Positions 29,914 to 37,810 are shown, counted from the first letter of the stretch. The stretch: DNA of 64,000 nt from Rhabdothermincola salaria (GCF_021246445.1 NZ_JAJQXW010000003.1:372001-436000); one strand, 5' to 3'. Translations and numbers: made by a program. The notes: generated by a model not told the origin, from the letters alone.

Positions 29914-31641
29914 GTGGCCGCCTCTCCCCTGCGCCGATGGCTTCCCGGCCTCACCGTCGCGGCGCGGTACCGCAGAGCCTGGCTCCGCTCGGACCTGCTC
30001 GCCGGGTTGGTGCTCACCGCACTGCTCATCCCCGCAGGCATGGGATACGCGGTCGCCGCCGGCCTGCCCCCCGAGACCGGGCTGTACGCCACCATCGTCC
30101 CGCTGCTGGCCTACGCCGTCTTCGGACCGTCACGGATCCTGGTGCTCGGACCGGACTCGTCGTTGGCTCCCCTCATCGCCGCCGCGATCGTGCCCCTCGC
30201 CGCCGCCGACGCCGACCGGGCCGTGGCGCTCGCCGGGCTCCTCGCCATCATGATGGGCGGCCTGTTGGTGCTCGGCGGCGTGCTCCGCCTGGGCTTCGTC
30301 ACCGATCTGCTCTCGAAACCCATCCGGCTCGGCTACCTCAACGGCATCGCCCTCGTCGTGGTGGTGGGCCAGATCCCGAAGCTGCTGGGGTTCTCGATCG
30401 ACGGCGACTCCTTCCTCGGGGACCTCCGGGAGCTCGCGCAGGGCGTGGCCGACGGTCTCGTCGACCCCACCGCGGTGGGCATCGGGGTGGCCTGTCTGGT
30501 CACCATCCTCGGGCTGCGGCTGGTCGACCGACGCGTGCCCGGCGTCCTCGTGGCCGTCGTGGGCGCGATCGTGGCGGTCGTCGCGTTCGGATGGAAGGAC
30601 GACGTCGCGGTCGTGGGAGCCCTGCCCGAGGGCCTGCCCACCCCGGCCCTGTCCGGCATCACGTGGAGCGACGTGGCCTCGCTGGCCGGGCCGGCGCTGG
30701 GCATCGCCCTGATCGCCTTCGCCGACACCGGGGTGCTGTCGCGCACGTTCGCCGAACGGCGGGGGGAGCACGTCGCCGGCAACGACGAGATGCGGGGGGT
30801 GGGCCTCGCCAACGTGGCGGGTGGACTGCTCGGGGGCTTCCCCGTGTCGGCATCTTCGTCGCGGACCCCCGTGGCCGACCAGGCCGGCGCCCACACCCAG
30901 CTCACCGGGATCACCGGAGCGGTGCTCATCGTGGCGTTCATCCTGGTCGCCCCCGGCCTCACCGGCTACCTCCCGTCCGCCGCCCTGGCCGCCGTGGTGA
31001 TCGTGGCCGCCAGCGCGCTGGTCGACGTGCGCTCGGTGGTGCGCCTGCTGCGTGTCGACCCGGCCGAGGGCCTGCTCTCCGTGGCGGCCTTCCTCGGTGT
31101 CGCCGTCATCGGCGTCCTCGAAGGCATCGTGGTGGCGGTGGTGCTGTCCTTCGTGGCCTTCGTGAACCAGGCCTGGCGTCCCTACCGGGCCGAGCTCGGG
31201 CGCATCCCCGAGGTGCGGGGCTACCACGACCTCGGTCGGCACCCGGAGGGCGAGCGCCTCCCGGGCATCGTGATCGTGCGTTTCGATGCACCGCTCTTCT
31301 TCGCCAACGGCGGCATGTTCGGCGACTACGTCCGTTCCGTGGTGGCCGACGCCGGGCACGAGGTCGAGACGGTGATCCTCGCCGCCGAGCCCATCACCGA
31401 CATCGACGCCACCGCGGTCGACGAGCTGGTCGATCTCGACGACCACCTGGCCGCGAGGGGGATCACGCTGATCCTCGCCGAGATGAAGGGCCCGGTGAAG
31501 GACCACCTCCGTCGCTACGGCTTGGGCGATCGCTTCGACCCGGACCGCTTCGCCCCCACGGTCGGCAGCGCCGTCGACGCCATCCTCGGCGCCGAGCGCG
31601 ACGACATCGGGAACCCGTCCGATCGAGACGACGGGAGCTGA
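29914..31641 (+). CDS. SulP family anion transporter with STAS domain
   Basis: DLLAGL..IPAGMGYA..AGLPP..GLY, SSSRT, RFDAPLFFAN, DIDAT. Confidence 0.95.
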   Translation: MAASPLRRWLPGLTVAARYRRAWLRSDLLAGLVLTALLIPAGMGYAVAAGLPPETGLYATIVPLLAYAVFGPSRILVLGPDSSLAPLIAAAIVPLAAADADRAVALAGLLAIMMGGLLVLGGVLRLGFVTDLLSKPIRLGYLNGIALVVVVGQIPKLLGFSIDGDSFLGDLRELAQGVADGLVDPTAVGIGVACLVTILGLRLVDRRVPGVLVAVVGAIVAVVAFGWKDDVAVVGALPEGLPTPALSGITWSDVASLAGPALGIALIAFADTGVLSRTFAERRGEHVAGNDEMRGVGLANVAGGLLGGFPVSASSSRTPVADQAGAHTQLTGITGAVLIVAFILVAPGLTGYLPSAALAAVVIVAASALVDVRSVVRLLRVDPAEGLLSVAAFLGVAVIGVLEGIVVAVVLSFVAFVNQAWRPYRAELGRIPEVRGYHDLGRHPEGERLPGIVIVRFDAPLFFANGGMFGDYVRSVVADAGHEVETVILAAEPITDIDATAVDELVDLDDHLAARGITLILAEMKGPVKDHLRRYGLGDRFDPDRFAPTVGSAVDAILGAERDDIGNPSDRDDGS

Positions 31642-31667
31642 TCGACCCAGGGGCCCATCGGCGGGCC

Positions 31668-31790
31668 AAAAGACGACAGGAGGGGCCCGAAGGCCCCTCC
31701 TGCGATCCGGCTGACCGATCGTGGAGCGACGCCTGGACTCGTCACTCCGTCGGTCCCCGGGACCGGTTGGCGTCGTCGTGCGACGCCGTT
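31668..31790 (-). ncRNA. Candidate ~120-nt multi-hairpin small RNA
   Basis: Own promoter copy (31798-31825), four hairpins, then C(UUCG)G terminator with U tail; no credible ORF. Confidence 0.55.
31677..31702 (-). terminator. Intrinsic terminator, 11-bp stem with UUCG loop
   Basis: Minus strand CAGGAGGGGCC-TTCG-GGCCCCTCCTG-TCGTCTTTT. Confidence 0.8.
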
Positions 31791-31797
31791 GGATGGA

Positions 31798-31825
31798 TCA
31801 TCGCCGCACCCCGCCGTCGCGATAC
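31798..31825 (-). promoter_or_regulatory. sigma28/WhiG-like promoter copy 4: GTATC-N15-GGCGATGA
   Basis: Same motif and spacing as upstream of the three LPYTG genes. Confidence 0.6.
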
Positions 31826-31868
31826 GCCCGCCCCGGAAAAATCCCGGCGAGGCGCGGCGGGCGCGAGG

Positions 31869-31901
31869 ACGACCGGAGGGCGCACCCGGCCCTCCGGTCG
31901 T
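31869..31901 (-). terminator. 13-bp stem hairpin after LPYTG gene 1
   Basis: ACGACCGGAGGGC-N7-GCCCTCCGGTCGT, 30 nt after stop. Confidence 0.7.
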
Positions 31902-31931
31902 GCTCGGTCGACGTCGGTCAGCTCAAGCGGA

Positions 31932-32834
31932 TCAGGCGTTGCGGCGACGGGCCAGCATGACCAGCAGCAGGCCACCGGCCAGCACCGAGCCGCCGGCGAC
32001 GAGGAGCCGCCCGCTCTCGGAACCGGTGTAGGGCAGGGCGCCGGTCGGGGTGACCGACTGGGTCGTGCCCAGCACCTCGGCCGCCTGCTGGTTGGCGGCG
32101 GTGGTCGGCGCGGACGATTCCGGGGTCGAGATGATGGTCGTGCCGAGCACGCTGCTGGTGGTGGTGGTGTCCTCGGTCGTCGTCGTCGGGGCCTCGGTCG
32201 TGGTGGGCTGCACCTCGGTCGTGGTGGTCGTCGGGGCCGTCGTGGTGGTGGTCGGGGCCGTCGTGGTGGTCGTCGGGGCCGTCGTGGTGGTCGTCGGGGC
32301 CGTCGTGGTGGTCGTCGGGGCCGTCGTGGTGGTCGTCGGGGCCGTCGTGGTGGTCGTCGGGGCCGTCGTGGTGGTCGTGGTGCCGGTGCCGACGCACACG
32401 TGGCTCAGCACGAACATGTTCGGCGCCTCACCCGTGTAGGTGGCCGACGAGCCCGACGCGACGAGGTCGCCGAGGGCGTAGCCATCGGGGACAGCCACGA
32501 AGACGTTGTCCTGCTGCGACCCGTTCGGGATGATCTGGGCGCCCGAGAACGCCATCACGGTGCCATCGAGGTTCAAGGTGATGGTGTCGAACGCCGCCGA
32601 GTCGTTGTTCGGCGTGAAGACGAAGTGCCAGTAGTCCTCGACCGTGCCCGGGCAGTCGCTCTCGGCACCGGCGGTGTCGTTGTGCAGCGGGATGCCGTGA
32701 GTGTCGGCGCCGGCCACCGTGGGGGTGGTGGAGGAGGTGAAGGCGAAGATCCCGAAGGTGATGAGGGCCATCGCCGCGACGATGGCGACGATGCGGGTGA
32801 TCGGGTTCTCCACAGAGAGGGGGGTGCGAATCAT
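31932..32834 (-). CDS. LPXTG (LPYTG) cell-wall-anchored surface protein 1 with Thr-rich stalk
   Basis: Signal peptide, Cys-bounded ~100-aa domain, (TTTTTAP)n, LPYTG + TM + RRR tail; AGGAG SD. Confidence 0.9.
   Translation of the reverse strand: MIRTPLSVENPITRIVAIVAAMALITFGIFAFTSSTTPTVAGADTHGIPLHNDTAGAESDCPGTVEDYWHFVFTPNNDSAAFDTITLNLDGTVMAFSGAQIIPNGSQQDNVFVAVPDGYALGDLVASGSSATYTGEAPNMFVLSHVCVGTGTTTTTTAPTTTTTAPTTTTTAPTTTTTAPTTTTTAPTTTTTAPTTTTTAPTTTTTEVQPTTTEAPTTTTEDTTTTSSVLGTTIISTPESSAPTTAANQQAAEVLGTTQSVTPTGALPYTGSESGRLLVAGGSVLAGGLLLVMLARRRNA
32218..32380. repeat. 21-bp coding tandem repeat (~7 copies, TTTTTAP)
   Basis: gtcgtggtggtcgtcggggcc repeated. Confidence 0.9.
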
Positions 32835-32880
32835 TCCAGGCTCCTGTCGGATCCGACATGTGCGGATCGTGTACGTCGAC

Positions 32881-32951
32881 GGGGCCGGTTTCGCTCTGAC
32901 TCCTCGCCCGGCCTAAGCGACCAGTTGCACCGGGCGGATCGATGTCTCCCC
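32881..32951 (-). ncRNA. c-di-GMP-II-like riboswitch, copy 1
   Basis: GGGG-AGAC-AUCGA-UCCGCCCGG..UGGUCGCUU..CCGGGCGAG-GA-GUC-AG-AGCGAAACCGG-CCCC: P1, kink-turn, P3 and UCGCU/AGCGA pseudoknot. Confidence 0.8.
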
Positions 32952-32981
32952 GACCGCCACGGTGAGTGGCGGTCACAGGGG

Positions 32982-33009
32982 CAATCGCCACCCAGCGACG
33001 TCGGGATAC
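32982..33009 (-). promoter_or_regulatory. sigma28/WhiG-like promoter copy 1: GTATC-N15-GGCGATTG
   Basis: Conserved position ~30 nt upstream of riboswitch. Confidence 0.6.
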
Positions 33010-33034
33010 GGCCTGAACCACAAAAGGAACGGAA

Positions 33035-33065
33035 ATGGGCCGTCCGGACTAGCCGGACGGCCCAT
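33035..33065 (-). terminator. Intrinsic terminator after LPYTG gene 2
   Basis: ATGGGCCGTCCGG-N5-CCGGACGGCCCAT followed by TTCCGTTCCTTTT on minus strand. Confidence 0.8.
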
Positions 33066-33118
33066 CTCGTGGATCGACCCCCCTCAGATGTGGCAGGGGT
33101 CACTGCGGTTCGTGTCGA

Positions 33119-33871
33119 TCAGGCCAAGCGACGACGGGCGAGCACCACCAGGGCGGTGCCGCCCAGGAGCACGGCCGCACCGACCGTGAGGAGCCATCCG
33201 TCGGACAGACCGGTGTAGGGCAGCTGGCCCGCCGCCGCCTGGGTCGTGCCCAACACCTCGGCGGCCTGGACCGCACCCGTGGTGGGCGAGCCCGCCGTGG
33301 TCGGGGCGCTCTCGGTGGTGGGGGTGCTGACCGTGGTGGTCCCCAGCACGCTCGTCGTGGTCGTCGCCTCGGTCGTGGTGGTGGTGGTCGTCGCCTCGGT
33401 CGTCGTGGTCGTCGACTCCGTCGTGGTGGTCGTGGTGCCGGTGCCGACGCACACGTGGCTCAGCACGAACATGTTCGGCGCCTCACCCGTGTAGGTGGCC
33501 GACGAGCCCGACGCGACGAGGTCGCCGAGGGCGTAGCCATCGGGGACAGCCACGAAGACGTTGTCCTGCTGCGACCCGTTCGGGATGATCTGGGCGCCCG
33601 AGAACACCACGGTGTCCCCGTCGAGGTTCAAGGTGATGGTGTCGAACGCCGCCGAGTCGTCGTTCGGCGTGAAGACGAAGTGCCAGTAGTCCTCGACCGT
33701 GCCCGGGCAGTCGCTCTCGGCACCGGCGGTGTCATTGTGCAACGGGATCGAGCTGCCCGCTCCAGCCGCGGCCGGCGAGACGCCGAGCGCGAGCACGCCG
33801 AGGACGAGCGCGAGAGCCGCACCGAGCGTGGCGAACATCCGCGCCGTTGGCCGAAGGTGATCGTGTGCCAT
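33119..33871 (-). CDS. LPXTG (LPYTG) surface protein 2, near-identical head domain to protein 1
   Basis: MAHDHLRP... signal peptide, shared IPLHNDTAGAESDCPG...LSHVCVGTG domain, Thr stalk, LPYTG + TM + RRR. Confidence 0.9.
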   Translation of the reverse strand: MAHDHLRPTARMFATLGAALALVLGVLALGVSPAAAGAGSSIPLHNDTAGAESDCPGTVEDYWHFVFTPNDDSAAFDTITLNLDGDTVVFSGAQIIPNGSQQDNVFVAVPDGYALGDLVASGSSATYTGEAPNMFVLSHVCVGTGTTTTTTESTTTTTEATTTTTTTEATTTTSVLGTTTVSTPTTESAPTTAGSPTTGAVQAAEVLGTTQAAAGQLPYTGLSDGWLLTVGAAVLLGGTALVVLARRRLA

Positions 33872-33918
33872 GAGGAAGCTCCTGTGGGAGTCCGGCACGA
33901 AGACCGGACGGTAGCGAA

Positions 33919-33991
33919 GGGGCCGGTTTCGCTCTGACTCCCCGCCCGGCCAGAAGCGACCAGTCACACCCGGGCGGATCCACGTCTCCCC
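33919..33991 (-). ncRNA. c-di-GMP-II-like riboswitch, copy 2
   Basis: GGGG-AGAC-GUGGA-UCCGCCCGG..UGGUCGCUU..CCGGGCGGG-GA-GUC-AG-AGCGAAACCGG-CCCC. Confidence 0.8.
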
Positions 33992-34022
33992 GTCCACCGC
34001 CAGATCGGGGTGGATGCGGTTG

Positions 34023-34050
34023 TCATCGCCACGCTGGGCGGTCGCGATAC
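34023..34050 (-). promoter_or_regulatory. sigma28/WhiG-like promoter copy 2: GTATC-N15-GGCGATGA
   Basis: Conserved motif and position. Confidence 0.6.
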
Positions 34051-34143
34051 CCCCTCGGGAAGAAAGCCGGCCAACGGTCTCGCGTCGTGTCCATCCGACC
34101 ACAAGGCGTGACCACTGCGCCGGGGGAGGGCTCCGACGCGCCT

Positions 34144-34174
34144 CGTCGGCGGAAGACCAGGTCTTCCGCCGACG
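34144..34174 (-). terminator. 14-bp stem hairpin after LPYTG gene 3
   Basis: CGTCGGCGGAAGAC-CAG-GTCTTCCGCCGACG, 12 nt after stop. Confidence 0.75.
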
Positions 34175-34186
34175 GGGGCAGTGCGC

Positions 34187-34996
34187 TCAGGTGAGCAGCC
34201 GGCGCCGGGCCAACAGCACCAGGAAGGTGCCGCCCAGCAGGACGGCGGCGGCCCCCGCAGCCAGCCATCCGGTCTCGTCGCCGGTGTAGGGCAGGGCCTC
34301 GACGGCCGGGGCCTGGGTCGCTCCCAGCACCTCGGCGCCCGCGGTGGGCGCCACCGGGGTGGTGGATCCGGGAAGGGTGGTGGTCCCGAGGACGCTGCTC
34401 GTGGTCGTCGGCTCCACCGTCGTGGTCGTCGGCTCCACCGTCGTGGTGGTCGGCTCCACCGTCGTGGTCGTCGGCTCCACCGTCGTGGTCGTCGGCTCCA
34501 CCGTCGTGGTGGTGGCGAAGGTGCCGTAGCAGGCGACGATGTTGCTGATCTGCTTGCCGTTCGCGGTGGTCAGGCCAGTGCCGCCGGTCGCCCCGGTGGC
34601 GGGGTCGTAGAGGTAGATCTGCGAGGCCCCCGTCCCGCTCTTGACGAACACGATGTTCATCGGCTGGGTGGACGACCAGTCGAAGCTCGGCGGCTCGGCG
34701 TTGTCCATGGCGGATACGGTGAACGGGCCGACCGTCGTGTCGCGAGGTGGGTCGACCTTCACCTGGGTCCAGTCGGGGACCTCGGCGAGGTAGCCCTCGG
34801 CGACGAGGATGGCCCCGAGGCTGGCGCACGTCTGGGCGCTGGTGTCCTCGACGGGAACGACGATCGGGTAGCCGACCTGGGCGCCGGCCGACGTCGTCAG
34901 GGCGACGCCACCGAACACGATGAGGGCCATGGCGGCGAAGATCGCCACCGAGCGGGCGGCGAGGCCGCCTCGATGGAGGGTGATCGTGCGGGTCAT
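34187..34996 (-). CDS. LPXTG (LPYTG) surface protein 3 with different Cys-bounded head domain
   Basis: MTRTITLHR... signal peptide, VFVKSG domain, (TTTTVEP)x5, LPYTG + TM + RRR; GAGGAGG SD. Confidence 0.9.
   Translation of the reverse strand: MTRTITLHRGGLAARSVAIFAAMALIVFGGVALTTSAGAQVGYPIVVPVEDTSAQTCASLGAILVAEGYLAEVPDWTQVKVDPPRDTTVGPFTVSAMDNAEPPSFDWSSTQPMNIVFVKSGTGASQIYLYDPATGATGGTGLTTANGKQISNIVACYGTFATTTTVEPTTTTVEPTTTTVEPTTTTVEPTTTTVEPTTTSSVLGTTTLPGSTTPVAPTAGAEVLGATQAPAVEALPYTGDETGWLAAGAAAVLLGGTFLVLLARRRLLT
34400..34515. repeat. 21-bp coding tandem repeat (x5, TTTTVEP)
   Basis: ctccaccgtcgtggtcgtcgg repeated. Confidence 0.88.
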
Positions 34997-35043
34997 GACC
35001 GCCTCCTCTCCCCTCCGACCGGTGGCCGGAGGTCCGATGGAAA

Positions 35044-35119
35044 GGGGCCGGTTTCGCCAGTGGCTCCCCACCCGGCCGCACGGCGGCCAAGGGATTTCCG
35101 GGTGGATCATCGCCTCCCC
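35044..35119 (-). ncRNA. c-di-GMP-II-like riboswitch, copy 3
   Basis: GGGG-AGGC-GAUGA-UCCACCCGG..UGGCCGCCG..CCGGGUGGG-GA-GCC-ACU-GGCGAAACCGG-CCCC; compensatory changes relative to copies 1 and 2. Confidence 0.82.
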
Positions 35120-35149
35120 GGCGACCACTCTCTGTGGTCTCCACTTGAA

Positions 35150-35178
35150 ACATCGTCCGAAGGGGTGCGCCAGGATAC
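35150..35178 (-). promoter_or_regulatory. sigma28/WhiG-like promoter copy 3: GTATC-N16-GACGATGT
   Basis: Same position relative to riboswitch as the other copies. Confidence 0.5.
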
Positions 35179-35262
35179 GGGCGGCGGCCACTGACCGTAG
35201 CGACATGTGGCACACCAGCCGGGCAGCCGGCGAGGGCGGCGGCGGTCGGCCATGCTGGCCCC

Positions 35263-35982
35263 ATGGCCGACTTCATCCCCACCCGCATCGAGATCCCCGG
35301 ACCCGACGGCACCGTGCCGGCGCTGACCGTCGAACCATCGGGAGAGGTTCGCGGAGGTGTGGTGGTGATCCAGGAGGCGTTCGGACTGACCGGGCACATC
35401 GCCCAGGTGGCGGCGGACCTGGCCGAGGCCGGCTACCGGGCGGTGGCCCCGGCGCTGTTCCACCGGTCGGGGTCGCCGGTCTTCGGCTACGACGACCTGG
35501 CCGAGCTCGGTCCCGTGATCGGCGCGATGACCGGCGACGGCATCGCCGCCGACGTCGACGCCGCCATCAGCGAGCTCGCACGGGGCGGGGTCGAGCCGGG
35601 TCGCACCGCGATCATCGGCTTCTGCATGGGCGGCTCCGTCGCCTTCGCCACCGCCGCCCGGCGACCGCTCGGCGCCGCCGTCACCTACTACGGCGGGGGC
35701 ATCGCCGAAGGTCGCTTCGGCCTGCCCTCCCTGCTCGAGATGGCCCCCGACCTCGAGACCCCGTGGCTCGGGCTCTACGGCGATCTCGATGCGCACATCC
35801 CGGTCGCCGAGGTCGAGCAGCTCCGCCACGCGGCGCAGGGCGCGGATGTGCCCACCGAGGTGGTGCGCTACCCCGACGCCGACCACGGCTTCCACTGCCG
35901 GGACCGCAGCTCGTTCCACCCGGCGTCGTCCGCCGACGCCTGGCGGCGCACCCTCGATCTCCTGACCCGACAGCTCGGCTGA
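35263..35982 (+). CDS. Dienelactone hydrolase family protein
   Basis: IQEAFG, GFCMGG nucleophile, YPDADHGF. Confidence 0.95.
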   Translation: MADFIPTRIEIPGPDGTVPALTVEPSGEVRGGVVVIQEAFGLTGHIAQVAADLAEAGYRAVAPALFHRSGSPVFGYDDLAELGPVIGAMTGDGIAADVDAAISELARGGVEPGRTAIIGFCMGGSVAFATAARRPLGAAVTYYGGGIAEGRFGLPSLLEMAPDLETPWLGLYGDLDAHIPVAEVEQLRHAAQGADVPTEVVRYPDADHGFHCRDRSSFHPASSADAWRRTLDLLTRQLG

Positions 35983-36097
35983 GGCGGCGCCTCCGCACCG
36001 CGCCCAGCTCGATCCTCGGGGACCGACGCCGTCTATCGTCGGCGGGGAGAGGGACCGGGGGCGGTCGCGCCGCGACCACCCACAGGGGGAGGATCCG

Positions 36098-37651
36098 TTG
36101 GACGATCACCGTAGGCGTCGACTCCCGAGCCCGGCGCGCCATCGAGGGCCTGTCCTGGTGGTCACCCTGTGCCTGGCCGCGCTGGCCCTCGGCGCCTGTT
36201 CCGGCGACGACGAGGGCACCAGCGGCACCACTGCCGGCGAGGAGACCTCCGAGCCGACCACGACCCTGGTGGCCCCTGCCGACGTCAGCGTCGCCGGCCC
36301 CATCACCGGAGGGGCGCGCAGGGTGCCGTACAACCCGATGCCGCTCGGGCTCGCCGACGAGTACGGCTACACCGAGGAGGAGTACTTCGTCAGCGGTGAC
36401 GCCGCCTCCTACGTCCCGGCGGGCGAACTGGCCCCCGACGGGCAGTGGACCGTCACGGAGGGAGAGTCCGCCCCCTACGAGACCCGCATCCTGGTGCGGC
36501 GCCCGATCGACCCCGAGGACTTCAACGGCACCGTCGTCGTCGAGTGGCTCAACGTGAGCGCCGGGCGCGACTCCGATCCCGTCTTCGGCTACCTCCACCC
36601 CTACCTCCTGCGCGAGGGGTATGCGTATGTGGGCGTCTCGGCCCAGGCCACGGGCATCGAGGGGGGCGGCGCGCGCCTCGAGGTCCCCGGCGTCCCGCCC
36701 GACGCGCTGGCGCCCCTCAGGGAGTGGGACCCGGAGCGCTACGGGTCGCTCACCCATCCGGGCGACGCCTGGTCGTACGGCATCTACACCGACGTGGCCG
36801 AGATGGTCCGGGCCCCTGGCGAACCGAACCCCCTCGAGGGGCTCGCCGTCGACCACGTGCTGGCCGTGGGCGAGTCGCAGTCCGCCGCCCGCCTGGCCTC
36901 CTACGTCAACGCCGTCCAGCCGGTCGAGGACGCCTTCGACGGGATCTTCGTGCACAGCCGGGGAGCCGGCGGGGCGGACCTGGGCGAGGACCCGGCCGCG
37001 GCCGCCCCGTCGCCCCTGCGGCTGCGCACGGACCTCGATGTGCCGGTCATGCAGTTCGAGGCTGAGACCGACCTGATGTTCCTGCGCTTCCGGGAGGCCC
37101 GCCAACCCGACGCCGAGCAGCTGTTGACCTGGGAGGTGGCCGGCACCGCTCACGCGGATGCCGACACGCTCGTCTACGGCACCGAGTCCGGACAGGCCTG
37201 GAACAGCGGTGGCGGCCTCGATTCCGAGGCGCTGTGCGGCACGATCAACGACGGTCCCCACGGGGCCGTGCTCCGGGCCGCCATGCACGCGTTCCGGGCC
37301 TGGGTCGTCGACGGCACCCGGCCGCCGTCGTCACCCCGGATCGAGATCGCCGACGACCAGATCGTGCGCGACGACCTGGGCAACGCGCGCGGCGGCATCC
37401 GCACGCCGGCCGTCGACGTGCCCGTGTCGGCCCTGAGCGGCGAAGGGAACCCGTCGAGCGTGTTCTGCAGCCTCTTCGGCCAGAGCGCCCCCTTCAGCGA
37501 CGAGCAGCTGCGCTCGCTCTACGGCGACCATGCCACCTACGTGGAGCGGTTCACCGCGGCGGCCGACGAGGCGCTCGAGGCGGGCTTCCTCCTCGAACCC
37601 GAGCGCGACGAGATGGTGGCCGAAGCCGAAGCCCGCGACGTCGCCCGCTGA
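36098..37651 (+). CDS. Secreted lipoprotein, alpha/beta hydrolase domain
   Basis: Lipobox LGAC; FNGTVVVEWLNVS, GESQSA, EVAGTAHAD, GNARGGIR; start uncertain. Confidence 0.8.
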   Translation: MDDHRRRRLPSPARHRGPVLVVTLCLAALALGACSGDDEGTSGTTAGEETSEPTTTLVAPADVSVAGPITGGARRVPYNPMPLGLADEYGYTEEEYFVSGDAASYVPAGELAPDGQWTVTEGESAPYETRILVRRPIDPEDFNGTVVVEWLNVSAGRDSDPVFGYLHPYLLREGYAYVGVSAQATGIEGGGARLEVPGVPPDALAPLREWDPERYGSLTHPGDAWSYGIYTDVAEMVRAPGEPNPLEGLAVDHVLAVGESQSAARLASYVNAVQPVEDAFDGIFVHSRGAGGADLGEDPAAAAPSPLRLRTDLDVPVMQFEAETDLMFLRFREARQPDAEQLLTWEVAGTAHADADTLVYGTESGQAWNSGGGLDSEALCGTINDGPHGAVLRAAMHAFRAWVVDGTRPPSSPRIEIADDQIVRDDLGNARGGIRTPAVDVPVSALSGEGNPSSVFCSLFGQSAPFSDEQLRSLYGDHATYVERFTAAADEALEAGFLLEPERDEMVAEAEARDVAR

Positions 37652-37810
37652 AGGAGCCCTCGATGGGCGCGTCGACCCGGGTCCCGGCTCCGTGCACCTG
37701 CTAGACAGGAAAGCAACGGTTCAACCGGGGGGCTGGCGTGACCGTCCGCACCGCGCACCGTCGGGTCGCAGTCTCGCCGGGGTTCGTCGGTCGGCAAAGG
37801 GGATGGGGCG

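Noticed and set aside
31668..31790. Calling the candidate sRNA a CsrB/RsmY-type sponge
   Set aside because: Its GGA motifs lie mostly in stems rather than loops
29355..33218. Very long alternative-frame ORFs (1287 aa here; also 19219-22740, 18548-22168, 46857-50204, 52108-54852)
   Set aside because: Arg/Gly/Pro-rich shadow frames of high-GC genes; only short terminal parts (tetR, cupin) are real
32218..34515. 21-bp tandem repeats as CRISPR or non-coding arrays
   Set aside because: No spacers; they are in-frame Thr-rich coding linkers
37652..37810. Riboswitch upstream of the sugar ABC operon
   Set aside because: No recognisable motif and no match to the c-di-GMP-II-like pattern
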